A stretch of DNA of 64,000 bases from Eledone cirrhosa (Eukaryota). Where the stretch lies: positions 160,208,001 to 160,272,000 of the forward strand of contig OZ024743.1 of assembly GCA_964016885.1 (NCBI GenBank). Reading direction: 5' to 3'. The notes under the pieces are model-generated. The model worked only from the letters and a program-made list of their open reading frames with translations. It was not told the origin of the DNA and did not search any database. A program made the position numbers and the translations under genes. Shown piece after piece: positions 40,284-54,108 of the stretch. Each line of letters opens with the position of its first letter. Position 1 is the first letter of the stretch.

Positions 40284-41296
40284 TAGCAGCAGTACCCAGC
40301 GTTGCCTGGGTAGGTGAAATAATATCTGGTTTGATGAAAAGGTGTTGATCTTAGCGACTGCTTCTCGATGACTCATCTATGGCCACACACAGGCCATGCG
40401 GGGGAGAGTGGTGATGACCTCTATCACTGAGAAACGCGGGTGACTGACGAAGAGGCATGCTGGGGGAGGTAATGACCTCTAACACTAAGCCAAATTTCCT
40501 CACGCTACTTGATTGGAAACCGATGAATTCTCAAATACACAACTAAAAGCTCAGACGACCTCAATAGCCATCGTTTTGCCTTTGACTATCTATAAGATGT
40601 ACAATGATAGGTTCTATCGTAGTATAAAATTTTAACCAAATAAATTTATTTATGTGTGAGGTGGAGCCGAAGTTTCGAATTTGAACGAAATCGATTGAAA
40701 AATGTTGGAGCTAGAGCCGAAAAGGATGAAATTTGAGCGAAAAGGTGGTATTTTCGAATATTTAAGCGGCTGCCACGCCGTTCTTGAAGGAAGAATTCAA
40801 AATGTAAAACGACTTCAAGACGTGAAATTATCAGATCTAGCGTAGTGTAAAATTTGAACAAAGTAGGTTGATTAATGTCGGAGCTAGAGCCGAAAAAGTG
40901 GAAATTTGAGTCTAAAAGTGGTATTTTTTAATATTTAAGCGGCTGCCACGCCGTCCTTGAACAACAAATGCAAAATATAAAGCCATTAGAGGATGTGCAA
41001 TGATAAATTCTATTTTGCTTTAAAATTTGAACGAAATCGGTAGCAAAATGTGGGAGCTAGAGCCAAAAATCTTATTTTTCGATACCTAAAAAAAGTTGAC
41101 CCCCCCCCTATCAATTTTTATCTGCAGAATCGCCCCGGAATAGAAACAAACGGTACGCTGATACATAGAAAACACTCCCCGATAACTAATCTATGAGCCT
41201 GTAAAGTATCATGAAAATCGGTCGTAAGATGTAGGCCCCTATAGGTAATACACAGACACACAGACACACACATACGTAATTTTATATATATACAGA
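40283..41296 (-). mobile_element. Non-autonomous Helitron-like element
   Basis: Minus strand A|TC..CCCAGGCAACGCTGGG hairpin..CTAG|T; internal ~175-bp tandem repeats at 40680-41070. Confidence 0.75.
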
Positions 41297-41316
41297 TATA
41301 TATATTTATATATATG

Positions 41317-41900
41317 TCGGGCCACTTTCGAGTGCTACTGGTAACATGTAACCCAGTACAACCTGTCGCATGGTCAGGTCGTTGGTGACTAAACCGGCAA
41401 CCCCACCACGTAAAGTTGGTACGGAGGGTGATTTTGGACACCCTGCAGGACAAAAAAGAAAACCTGACAAAGGGCGGAAGAACTCATAAGAGTCAAAGGC
41501 TATCCAGAAATGTATAATTACGTATATACCTATATACATGTATATATATGTATATATATATATATGTATATATATATATGTATATACGTATATGTAAGTA
41601 TACATCTGTATATATATATATGCGCGGGCACATAGAAATGGTCGGGCTGGAAGCCCAATCGCGCGGTTAAACCACTGGGAGTGAAGGACCCCTAGCCTTT
41701 GTCAGGGCATTCTTCTAGGAGAAGGCAACTCAGGAAACTGGGATAACTCAGATATAAAACCTGCGGCTCAGTAGTTACCGATGATGCTGATCTTTTCTTC
41801 TTTTCGGGTTATAGCTACTGTCGCTCAGAGAGTAGGATTGGCTCAGCGCACAATCTTTCCTCACTTTAAAAAAAATCTTCAAGCACAGGCATTGCACGTT
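41317..41900 (+). mobile_element. RTE-type LINE 5' UTR-derived repeat, split by an AT microsatellite
   Basis: ctaggagaaggcaactc motif typical of RTE leaders; homologous to 31725-32185. Confidence 0.55.
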
Positions 41901-41934
41901 GGCATTAATTAATACGAGTCAGTAGAGGGTCGGA

Positions 41935-42090
41935 CGGCATGCTTTGATCCATAGAGTTACGGCCCTTGCCATTCTGAATTCAAATCCCACCGAGGTTAAC
42001 TTTGCCTTCCATCATTACGGGGTCGATAAAATAAAGTACCAGTAATGCACTGAATAATTGCTAGCCTTGTGCCAAAAGTAGAAACAATTA
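41935..42090 (+). mobile_element. Cephalopod-type SINE
   Basis: Same core as 37400-37517. Confidence 0.75.
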
Positions 42091-42156
42091 ATTAATAATT
42101 ATTAATAATGGTATATCGTGCAATGGCGATACTCGATAACGAGGGGGCAGCCATCA

Positions 42157-42251
<95 letters not shown>

Positions 42252-42728
42252 ACACAAACACCAGTATAACAATTAATTAGTGACAAATAAGATGTCTACA
42301 ATTGCATGTAGACAAATACATGGAGGGAAACGAGACATAATGACACACACACACACACATACACAAACAGACGCACAGATACACGCAGATACAAACGTAT
42401 GCGCAGTACGGGTCTAGAGCTCATAAAGAAAAGATGGTGTAAAATAAAACAGAGAGGAATCACAAAGTAACAAATGTAGTCATTGAAGAATTCACAGTCT
42501 GTGTGACGAATGAGCTTTGATAATTGACATCTAAACAACCATCTGGTTATTAAATTAACCGAAAGAAGAATTAGTTACTCAACCAATAATATTATTTTGA
42601 AATTAAGCTTAACTGGTGAGTTTCTTTTTGTTTTTGTTTTTCGATTTATTGGCTGCATGACTCTCTCCAGTTATAATAATAAATGTTTCATCATACATTT
42701 TCGCATACAAAATTTTATTTAATTCGTA

Positions 42729-42809
42729 TTATTCCGTGTGCTTACAAATGTTTCCACGGTGGTACTACAGTAGTACCACCGTGGAAACATTTGTAAGCAC
42801 ACGGAATAA
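42729..42809. repeat. Perfect 81-bp palindrome (40-bp arms, 1-nt loop) made of an HHR 3' half
   Basis: ..ggtactac A gtagtacc..gtg GAAA CAUUUG UA AGCAC acgg AATAAA. Confidence 0.9.
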
Positions 42810-42847
42810 ATTACCTTTTTATGATGTCTACCTGTTATTATTCATTC

Positions 42848-42899
<52 letters not shown>

Positions 42900-42901
<2 letters not shown>

Positions 42902-43200
42902 CATATGTACGTATGGGTTGTGTCGAACATTAATAATAACATACAGTTCGTTTGCAACTAAATGACCCGACAAAGATGTGCTATGCCTTGACGACCAATC
43001 GCTATCCGTTTGTTCAAAATTGGCATCGAGGAATAATCAATGCTTGTGGATCATTACTCTTCATCAGAACTGCTTATCTATCTGCCAATCTGTTGAACGG
43101 TTGAAAATATATAGTATTTTCTGAAGTATACATCGGCTGATTAGCCTCATTTGCATAAACTTGAGAAAATTAAAAAGAAAGGATAAAACAACGAACGAAA
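42900..43200 (-). mobile_element. Diverged member of the ~423-nt HHR family with decayed HHR
   Basis: Shares gtacgtatgg..gaacatt, ctgcca..gttgaacg and ggctga.tagcc..atttgcata; tcatcag core at ~43061. Confidence 0.6.
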
Positions 43201-43256
43201 ACCAAACAAAACAAAAAAACTTTTTAAAAAGTTTTTGGTTTAATAAATATACAAAC

Positions 43257-43390
43257 TATAGACACAGAAGTCCATGGCCATCAGCCATTGAGATGGACTT
43301 GATCACTTTCGACGCCTACCAATTCTACTCCTGGTCCATTCGGTGTCACAGCGTCTGACATAAGCAGAACGCTGTCCAAAGGAGTAAGAG
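43257..43390 (-). pseudogene. Candidate decayed polycystin exon (RLRQ motif)
   Basis: ttgtag acceptor; TGC TTA TGT CAG (CLCQ) is explicable as CpG-decayed RLRQ. Confidence 0.35.
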
Positions 43391-43816
43391 CTACAATGTA
43401 TATACAATTTTGTGTGACGTTAGGGAAAATGTCTGGTGCCTCACATAGAACGTGAACATGAGTGAAACAAAGGAAAAGAAAAAAAGAAAAAAGAAAGAAA
43501 AAATGGTAGAAGAAAGTAAAATTTCGTGTTAGAAAATATAAGTTATAGCAATAAATGGGGGAGAAGAGCAAAACATGTTCACCACATCAGTAGATATGAG
43601 ACAATATATATATAAGTCATTTATATATATATATATGCAAAAGTTCTATTTAAAATTGTTGGGATACAACAAGTAAATATTTTATAACTGATATAAAGCA
43701 CTCGACAAGTTTTTGGAGTAGATATAAAATGTTAATTTGGTATCCCTGAAATATGTATAGTGAAATAAATATGGTTTTATAAATATAGTTTCCATTTATT
43801 TAATATCGTATATATA

Positions 43817-44323
<507 letters not shown>

Positions 44324-44339
44324 TAAAATAACAGATTAA

Positions 44340-44390
44340 AGTTTAAGCAAAGAATCGCTGCTTTCACCCTTAACGGGATCTTCTGAAACT
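44340..44390 (-). ncRNA. Hammerhead-like motif, CAGAAGA core variant (copy 3)
   Basis: Reverse complement of 24113-24163. Confidence 0.7.
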
Positions 44391-44397
44391 AACAAAG

Positions 44398-45000
44398 TCA
44401 ATCTGTAAACGCAGAACTGGATATTTCAAAAAACGTTGCAGCCGGAGGAAGACAGGAAGACGATACTTTGGTTCGTGGTAACGTTCGCTGGCAAAGAACG
44501 GGAAAAAACGAATAATAATAATACGTCAAAACAATTACGCGCAAAGACAAAACCACGTTTATGGTATAAAAGAGGTCGTAGACTAATGTTCTCTTAGGTG
44601 GTGCATATAGACGTTCTCTGGCAATGAACGAAAAAAAGAACGATGCACGGGGACAATCCCCCTCTTTGAACATGGAATGCATTTATCCAAAATAAGAGCT
44701 GGTCTTCATCATTGGATGCAAAGGAAGTCGCGGATTTTATATCAGAGTGACCTTCTTGTAGAGAGATAGCTTAATGTCGACCTAACTCAACAAAAAGAGA
44801 AAAATATTGGATAGCCGTTTACTCTCTCGTGTTCCCCCGTCCTTTGACGGATCGTGTTTTTCATAACCTTATTGCATAAGCCGGTGTCTGATGACGTAAC
44901 GTTAATGGTTGCGTGAGCGACGAATCAGGAAAACATGATCGTCATTGAAATATGTGAAACAGCTTTATGAATAAAGAAATTATTAACATTTACATCAGAG
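44398..45000 (+). mobile_element. Degraded PLE GIY-YIG end with degenerate HHR (~44884-44960)
   Basis: LNMECIYPK*ELVFIIGCKG..FYI; CUGAUGA..GAAAUAUGU followed by AATAAA; homologous to 54420-54550. Confidence 0.6.
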
Positions 45001-45018
45001 CTTCGTATTTATCCTTAT

Positions 45019-45054
<36 letters not shown>

Positions 45055-45587
45055 CGCGCGTGCGCGCGCGTGTGTGTATACATACGTATATATACAAGTA
45101 TGTAAGTATGTATGTCAGTATGTATATAAACATGTGTGTATGCGTGTATACATGTTAATATATATATGCATAGACTAGCGTGAACGTATATATATATATA
45201 AATGTGTCTGTGTCTATATATAAGAGCATTGGCGTAGATGTATAACAGACACAGGCATAAATGCAGGCTGGCACATACACACCTACTCTCATATAAACCG
45301 GGTATTATACCAGATAATTATTGTGTTAGTAAACGGCTTGTCAGTTGAATCCACACAATCTCTACATTTGCGGTAATCCGGGTAATACCAGGTACGTTGT
45401 CTACAAAGAAGCACTACAACAACACCTTCCGTCGCCAATCAAAGTCTCTCAACGCTTGTCACGTCGCTCCACTTCTCATTGTACACCGTCCAGCCCCAAG
45501 TGTATATTTCTATTTTTTTTCCTGATACTGCTTCTTTATAATAAACTTTCAATAATATTTTTCAAATTATTAACTTAATAAAAAGTG

Positions 45588-45617
45588 GCCCCGGGTGCAA
45601 CCGGGCTCAGCTGCTAG
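45588..45617 (+). mobile_element. Helitron-like 3' terminus (5' end uncertain)
   Basis: GC hairpin gccccgggtgcaaccgggc followed by CTAG|T. Confidence 0.55.
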
Positions 45618-45850
45618 TTCATAAATATTTGAAACATGAGCGTCTCAATGCAAATGCTAATAATAATAATCTGCAGCGATTACAATCCCATTCCGTAATT
45701 CACATGGAACTTACACAACCAGTAAAACACATAGGAACTACCATCGATTGAAAGGCCTTACAAACCTGATCCTTTATACAGAAAATATTGACACTAACCC
45801 CGAGGGAAAATTCAATGTGGTATTTAATTAAATATATCATCTCTATTCAC

Positions 45851-46174
45851 CATATCGAAGTCGACAAAATAATTATCTTGCTCGTACAGTTCCCTGAGAA
45901 AGGTACACTTAGGGGATTTACTTAGGGGATTTACAAAGCGCATAAAATGTGGAGAGAGGATGGAAACACGCTGTGAGATTTTTAAAGTATGCTGCAGAGG
46001 CTGTGCAGCATGCTCGTTCAGTAAGGTCCTCAACTTACTTTTGATTTCACAAGAATATAGAAGAGAAAAGCCATTCGGATCGTAAACGAAGCCGTAGAGA
46101 AAACCATCAAGTGGATTTGAATAAAAAGGGCGGACACATGGCTGGTTGCTGCAGGATCCCAAGTCTTGAAAGAT
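45851..46174 (-). pseudogene. Candidate 324-nt phase-0 exon, polycystin first channel helix region
   Basis: ctttcag|ATC ... ATG|gtgaat; open frame IFQDLG..FLYGFVYDPNGFSL..TFLRELY. Confidence 0.5.
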
Positions 46175-46208
46175 CTGAAAGACCACATGGACACGGACAC
46201 AATCACAC

Positions 46209-46240
<32 letters not shown>

Positions 46241-46256
46241 GCGCACACGCACACAC

Positions 46257-46330
<74 letters not shown>

Positions 46331-47651
46331 CCAAATATCAACATAAACATTACACATACATACTCACCTTTATAGGGTTTCCTCCAACACACACATACAT
46401 AGACATGGAAAAAAATCTATATTTATCATTCGCACACATTTTACATAGTCTATATCGATATGTGTGTACATACGCGTGCGCGCGCATTCACACACAGACC
46501 ATCCTCACCCACATATATCAGCTGGAATTAATGAATTCATTTTCACAATTGATATGTGCCCTAAACATTGAAACGAGATATCCGAATTTATGTATTAGTT
46601 TTTAAACCTATTTTCTTAAGAAGTTTACGTCTTTCTAGTGTTCATATGCTTAAAGGGATTAGAAAGCATGCACTTTATATGTATAAATAAACCTCTTAAC
46701 AAATAATTGTTTTTACTTTAGGTACAAGGCCGGCCATTACCAGTGCATTACTGGTACTTTATGTTATCTTAACCTCTTAACCTCTTAACAAATAAGGTAC
46801 TTTTATTAAGCATGCATAATAAAGGATACAGTTTATTATCTTAGCAGGAATATATTTGATTAGAGGTCAACTTGATGAGAGTCGTCCTGATATTAAAGAT
46901 GAGAAACACAGTTGTATTAGCCAATGAATGAAGCTCTTTATCAAAATTCTGTCACAATCCTTCAAAACATATTTATATTAAATTATAGAAAACTGTATAG
47001 AGTGGACAATATGGTCACATATACTAAGCGAAAACTAACCTGAGGGTTGTATGCAAAAACAACACCATTAACCTCAACAAAGTTAATATTGCTTGATGGA
47101 TTTCTAGATGTCGTTTTGGAAAAATAATCATTTTAAGCACAACTGTAAAACACATTTTTATAAGAGAGCTATGTAGGCGAATGATTCTACCACAGAATCT
47201 AACTAGTCTTTATTGCATGTCCCACTTTTGGGTGGTGGTAAAGCACAATCCAGCACAGCAGAGATTGAATTTGGAAGAGAGGGGAAGGTAAAAGAAAAAA
47301 AGAGAATACTAATTACTGAAAGGGTATTTTAAAAATTCCATTTTTAAAATTTCGTATTTAAGTTAAAACATTCCACCGCAAGAACAGTTTGTACGGTTCT
47401 GGTAAAAATACTATCTTAATAATAAAATGGTTAATAATTATAATAAATCGTTCAAAATTAATTAGAGTGTATTTCATAGAAAATAGTGTGTATTTCATTA
47501 AAAGCGATTTTTACTCTTAGTGCCATTCTTCTCCTTTCTGGAAAATTATTTAATATATCAGTATGAATATATACACGATTACTATATGTTCAGGGCAGAT
47601 CATGACAGCTCACGATACTAGATGTAACATCTGTAGCAGATGTGCTGGCCT

Positions 47652-47703
47652 ACACACCTTCCGATGAAGGTACAATTAGGTCCGAAAATCAATTAAGTGT
47701 GTT
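47652..47703 (+). ncRNA. Hammerhead-like motif, CCGAUGA core
   Basis: ACACAC..CCGAUGA AGG..UCC GAAA AUCAAU UA AGUGUGU. Confidence 0.55.
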
Positions 47704-48252
47704 TATCATTTTTTCAATTAACTGGAAAAGTGTTATTCTCTAGTATGATTACATGCTTATGTAATAAATATGTATATACATATACATGTATATATACATA
47801 AATATGTATATACATAAATATGTATATACATATACATATACATAAAAATGTGTGCAGTCTCGGTAACCCATTCTGTATGCATACTGATATACCTTTGTCG
47901 TAAACATCGGCCATTAGCACACTTCTTAGTATATATCTTAATTGATTACTAATACGATATCTTATTATATGCAAATTACTACGTCCATATCAGAAAAGTA
48001 CAAAGCAGGAATGAGTATATCAGCCCATCAAATACATGTTTCCGTCTGTTTGTTACGGTTAATCACATGTCCTTTGTTGTGTCCCAGTCAGGCGCGAAAT
48101 TCAATCAAACGTGTGTATCATTTTTTTCAAATTTCAGAGAAATTCTTATATTATGTTTATGTTTACATTCTTGCCGTCACGCTTACCCGCTCTGTATAGA
48201 TATAACTTTATCGTACCCTTCGGCTATTAGCACATTTCTTTATATACATATA

Positions 48253-48608
48253 CAGTGTACCCCCGGTATCCGTAGTCATGGTTATTCGCGGAAATTTCCT
48301 TTATAGAACCTAACTAATAATTTTTCGTGGAAACCATCGCATATTCGTGGAATCGTAAATATTTCCGCGATTTTGTTATGGCCTTTTTCTTCGCAATATA
48401 TATATTTTTGACGCTAAATTATTATTAAGAATATACCGTATTTGCCGGTGTATTGGACATCCATTCGTATAAAATCCATTTTTATTATATTTTACGTTAT
48501 ATGTTGACATTTATAGACATTTGTATGGACCACGTCCAATATTCGGGGATTTTTATTCTTCGTGAGGGCTATGAGAACGTAAGCCCCGCGAATACCGGGA
48601 AATTACTG
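48253..48608. mobile_element. Tigger/pogo-like MITE
   Basis: TA|CAGT..cccggtatccg ... cgaataccggg..ACTG|TA. Confidence 0.75.
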
Positions 48609-48611
48609 TAT

Positions 48612-48966
48612 TAAAAAAAGAAGAGAGACGTTATCATGTATACATCTTCAGCTTATTACAACACTCCCTTAAGCACATTTCTAAGACATCAAAGTATTAT
48701 AATTGTGTAACAATTATTTGATATACTGTCATCAAACAGATACCTAGGTTTTATATTATTTTGTTTTTGTTTTTGATATGCTCGCCATATTATGAAACTC
48801 GGTGTTGGTAGTCCGGCCCAAAGTAAGTATATTACACCTAAATACCTGTCTGATGACAGCACATCAAATAATTGTTACACAATGACTTTGATGTCTTTGA
48901 AATATGCATAATAGGATGAAATTAAAAACCTGAAAATGTATAAGTAATATCGTCTTCTTTTTTATA
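48612..48966. mobile_element. Inverted ~145-bp HHR-bearing repeats
   Basis: 48612-48760 pairs with 48822-48966. Confidence 0.7.
48845..48915 (+). ncRNA. Type I hammerhead ribozyme, intact core, long stem II
   Basis: CCUGU CUGAUGA ..ACAUCAAA..UUUGAUGU.. GAAA UAUGCA UA AUAGG. Confidence 0.75.
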
Positions 48967-49433
48967 ATATTTTGACACTTCATCTGATACCATATAGGTA
49001 ATGCTTTAAGGTACACACGTCATGGATTATTTATGTCTGATTACATCACTGTCGATCAATCGACTGATCAACACCGATTACTTGGAAATATATATATATA
49101 TATTTGTTTTGCAAGATTGTTGATATGAAATCGTGTGTCGAAACAAATATTGTTATACTTGGGAGGGTCATATTGTTATAATATTGCCAGAAATAATAAC
49201 AGAACACACTGTTTGGTTTGGGTTGGTTTTCGCTTCTGTATCATTTATATCTCCATAGTTAATTTATCTGGCAATCAATGTTTATCATTGATTAATCACC
49301 GGTTAAAAATACAGATATAAATATATATATATATATATAGTCAATCAAAGTTCTTTTGTCACACATCTGCGACATCATCAGTGGTACTATTATGTTTCCT
49401 CCTGTTGTATTGTATGTCTATGCCATTTTTATT

Positions 49434-49480
<47 letters not shown>

Positions 49481-49994
49481 TTCTTGTCTCTGTCTCTGTT
49501 TGCGCATGCGTTTCGTGTGTATTTAATGTTTGGTGTGTGTGTTTGAGTGTATGTGTTGTTGTTTTTGTATTCTATCTTTGTTCACTAGTGTGTGTTTATA
49601 TGTGTTTGTTGGTATTGTATTTGTGTATATATTTATTTATTTAGTCAGTATTGTTTGTTTGGGTATGATTGTTGTTGTTATTCCATTCGTTCTGTGTTTC
49701 TGTATGTGTATGCATGTCTGCATGAATGTATGAATGTATTATGTTTTTACATATATGTACGCTTGTATGTTTATCTATGTGAGTGTGAATGTGGGTGTGC
49801 TGAATCTCCATTAGTTCGAAAGAATTTGTACCAGTGATTTCTTGAAAATTCGGTGTGTCTCGAACAACCAATCGAATCCAATCTATAGTATCCTTGATAA
49901 ATAAGTTTAATACATCCAAACTCGCTATCCGCTAGAAATGAATAGGTGCTTCTTTAATTACGTCCACATAATGTGTAGTACTATTTAAATAGCA

Positions 49995-50090
49995 AGTTAA
50001 CTTTGCTTTTCCTCCTTACGGGGTCGATAAAATAAATTACCAGTAATGCACTGGGGTAATTGCTGGCCTTGTGCCAAATGTAGAAACAAA
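49995..50090 (+). mobile_element. SINE 3' fragment
   Basis: gttaactttgc..ccttacggggtcgataaaataaa..ggccttgtgcc. Confidence 0.7.
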
Positions 50091-51404
50091 TATTTATATA
50101 GCATTACACCATACCCTTTGAATGACTTTTTGACCGTTAGGGTTAGATTTGATAACACCAATTCAGAAAGTGGTGTTGAATGTATCAATGACACAGGCTA
50201 AGGTATAAATAGTGAGACAAGCCCTGAAGAATGTCAAGTACTCCCAAAGCAAACATCACTAGTGAGGAAATAATGGATAACAACATTCTGCACTACCTTC
50301 ACACTGCCATCAAACAATGACAATATGGAGCTGAAGGTAAGTTATTGCGGCACAGTAAGTTGCTGCAAGTTATATGAGGATGTAACTTATAACCGGGAGG
50401 AAATGCCCCAGATACTGAAAAACAATAGGAATGACTTTACGTTGAAGGAATATAGATAGGTGAAGCAGAGTTACAGTAGGCTAGCACAAGTCCACACTCC
50501 TTACGAATCCACAAAAATGCTATTCTGCTAAGGCCTAATGTCAGTTTTCAGTGTTCGGCATGCGATCTGCTGAGTAGAATCCTTGAAAATATAATCAACA
50601 TACAAACGCGTAAACCTCTGTTACATGTAAATAATTTTATTGCTCTTGTTTAATCTCAGAGGGTGGCATTTTGGGCTAGAAATATTTACCAAACGCTCGA
50701 GTTGATCAATAATTTGGAGAGGAATTTATAATGAAACTCTGGATTGGCGCATTACGATTGAAGTCTCATGAGATATTTTATTTGCATCGAGTTGAAGATA
50801 ACCTCTTGTTATTCTTGTCACCATTCTGTGAACCAATATTTTGCCAATTGGAATCATGTAAACGACGACTCTATTGTTCGTTAGTTGCACAATAAAACTG
50901 GGATGTTAGTGGTATAATCAACATTTCCTCTTCAAATCACAAACTTATCACGTATCTTAGCATCTAACTTCAATTCTTTAGGTATTTATGGTACATGGCA
51001 GAGAAGGCGTTTTCCATCTAAATATTAGCCAATATAACTCTACATTTGATCAAAGATGGTTACTTTCCTTGTTTATATGATTCACATCTGATTTGTATGA
51101 CACAAGTCAATGTGTAACTTGACATTGCTATGATAAGTAATTTAACATCTTGCTGACTTTACGATTTTATTTTTGTTAACACTGAGAATATCATTCTTTA
51201 CAGTTTTCAATGTGTTTGCGACGTAACTAATTTATTCTTTTATTGTTTATTAGGGACTGTCTTGGTGTTATGATTCAGCACTCAGTTTGTTCACATTATT
51301 TCTTTGTACTCTTTATTTATACCGGTGATGCTTTTGAAATGGTAATTAGCCGTGGGTTATCAATTCCATTCATTTCGTATTATGTAGGTTAAGTGATGGA
51401 CATT

Positions 51405-51600
51405 TGGGAGAGTTATTAGAGCGTCAGGAAATGGGTTACAGTATTTGCTCGGGCACTTTAGGTTTTGAGTTGAAATCCCGCCGAAATTGACCTTGCCTAT
51501 CCAGGTTCATAAAATAAATACCTTGGCCTGGGATCTATATAATTGACTTTGTCGTGTCTCATAAAATTGCTGGCCTTGTACCTATGCTACAAACCATTAT
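51405..51600 (+). mobile_element. Diverged SINE
   Basis: gagttgaaatcccgccga..ttgaccttgcct..aaattgctggccttgt. Confidence 0.6.
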
Positions 51601-51845
51601 CTAGGTTAATGATGTTCATTTCAATATTCAAAATATGCGTATTAGCACTACGCTGTTAAAATATTTGTTTCGTGCAGCTGTAGTGTCCATACATTCTGAC
51701 ATCTGCCGCCCCGAATACTTCATTCTACGTTGATCCACCTGGGAGAAATGTGTTTCCCTGTCATTCAAAGGGCCAATCTTTTCGCACACCATTGTATGCA
51801 TAGTCTCTCTGAGAATGCATGAGCGGTGCATATGATCGTGGAATG

Positions 51846-52353
51846 TACTTGTACTTGTATTTGTGTCGACATTCATCCTGGACGGGTTGAGCCGGCTTCT
51901 TCCCTTGTTCTGACGGCATCCCGAACCATGGCAGCCCACGCACGACGGTCCCGGGCTAGGTCACTGGAGATAGCGAGCCAGTCACGGCTGCATCGGCGCC
52001 GGCCGACCGCCTGCGGACCTGAGAGTTCGCAGAGGTCCTCCTTGATCGTCCTTGCCCAGGTCCTCAGCTGCCCGCCAAAGCGCTTGCGCCAGTTAGGGAG
52101 TGGAGGTGGGAGGAGAACATCGCGGATCAGCTCACCCTCAGGGCGCCGGGCTGCGTGACCAAACCATCCCAAGCGCCGTTGCAGAAGGACTGAAGGAAGT
52201 GGTCGAAGATTCAGGCGAAGACGAAGACTGGTTGTAGGTACCCGATCAACGCGTAGGCAGCGAAGGATGTGGCGGAGACAGTCATTGTCGAAGACCTCCA
52301 GCCCTCGTTGATTGACTACCCTCATAGGCCATGTTTCACAGCCATAGAGGAGG
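51846..52353 (-). mobile_element. 5'-truncated RTE-clade LINE with 16-bp target-site duplication
   Basis: LLYGCETW..RRLGWFGHAARR; (TACAAG)n tail; TSD atatg(a/c)tcgtggaatg at 51830-51845 and 52354-52369. Confidence 0.85.
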
Positions 52354-52529
52354 ATATGCTCGTGGAATGCAATTGAGACTGTTCGAATGACTGCACCACT
52401 AATTGCTGGAAGCGACGAATGTCCACTAACGGTATAAATACTCACCTGCAAAAAGAAATTATCCATAACAAGGGAGACAACTTTCAACAATCATTCTAAG
52501 GGAAGAAACTCTAAATAAATTCCTTTCGA

Positions 52530-54000
52530 GGGTCGTAATCATATCAATCAATCCCGTTCTTGCAACTCGTGCTGCCAATTGTTGCGGTGCCACTCAAGTC
52601 GTCCGCGTTTTTCTCTATTCTCCGTGGTGCGTAGAAGAGTTTCGGTATTGTGACCAGTCCAGTCTTTGATGTTGTCGGACCAGTATTTTCTTTCTATGAC
52701 TCTCCTTCACCCTCCCTCGACTGTGCTCTGAAGTTTTAAATGAGATATAGAGAGATACCTAAACATACCAGGCAAGCTTCCGTCTTTTCACTATCACAAG
52801 GAGTGGTTTCTGTCTGCCAGAATATTTGTTAGATTGCTTCCTGACAAAACACTTTGTTTTTTGTTCCATGTACGGGATGTTTAGCAGCATTCTGAAGCAC
52901 CTGTTCTCGAATGCCTGGATTATTTATCCCAATCAACTGTGAGAGTCCAACTCTCATACCCATACAAAGAGATCGAAGTTACCAAGGATTTATATAGTTT
53001 GGGCTTCGTTAGAAAACCGACGGAGTTTCTTTTCCATATGACATTCAGCTTTACCATGACAGAGGTGACTAGGCCGAGTCTTGTCAGTATCTCTTTTAGA
53101 GATCTGCCATCTTTGGTCAGAGTGGATCCTAGGTACCTGAAGGTGCCCACTTTTTCAAATCTACCCCCTTTCAGCATAATGTTATTTGCTGAATTAGGAT
53201 TATGACTATTAACAAGAATCTTGCTCATTTCTGAGTTGATCTCCATTCCGCATGTGCTTGATACTTTTTCCAGTTTGGTAGTGAACTCCCGGATTCCTGC
53301 TTCATTGCTTCGCAACAGGTCGATGCCATCAGCAAAGCCTAGGTGACAAATGCGCCGTACTCCAATAGAGACAGAAGTGTGGAAGTCTTGGAGTGCCCCT
53401 TGCATGATATTTTCCAGGAAGATGTTGAAAATCCCTAAAGAAAGAAGACATCTCTGTCGAAATCCCACTGTTGGTTGACTGTTCCGTAGTTCTGGCAGAA
53501 TCCTAAGTTTCTTTTTGGAAACATGGGTATCACCAGTGAATGGGTCCACTCCTTTAGCCACCTCTTTGTTTCTCCTATCTTCTAACAGGTAACTGTCAGT
53601 GGTTTGAGGAGTTTTAGGGGCTATGATGGAATGTGATCGATTCCTGGTGTTTTACCAACTTTGAGCATGTGCACTGTGTCCTCGACATTCTTCTGCAGAG
53701 TTGGAATATCCTCAATTTCTTTGTCCATATATTTGGAATTGTCCACGATGTTGATATCATTCTGAGTTTGTGGTTATAAATGTATTTTCAATACTCAGAC
53801 TATATTTCAATGATATCTGTCTCATCTATGAGAAGCAAGTCAGTGTTATTCTCAATGACAGTGGTGGTGTTTTGCTTTCTTTTTATTAGCATTTTGAGGG
53901 TTTAATTAGCAGCCTTAATTTTGTTCTTATTTATTCCAGCTTTGATGACTTTGCTCTAGTCTGATATCCATTGTCTTCCCTCATTCTCCTCCTGACCTTC
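52530..54000 (-). mobile_element. Degraded RTE-clade LINE
   Basis: VGFRQRCLLS, FADGIDLL, FRYLGS, LYGYESWT. Confidence 0.8.
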
Positions 54001-54108
54001 CTATAATAATGATATAATATCATAACATTATTAATATTCGGTTTGTATACAAGTAGACAATCTACACTGTCAAGAGCGAAAACAAATTTTCTTTTATGTA
54101 TATATACC

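Noticed and set aside
52425-52465. Minus-strand ttttgcag|GTGAGT resembling a recursive splice site
   Set aside because: More simply the acceptor of a decayed exon; no transcript data to support recursive splicing.
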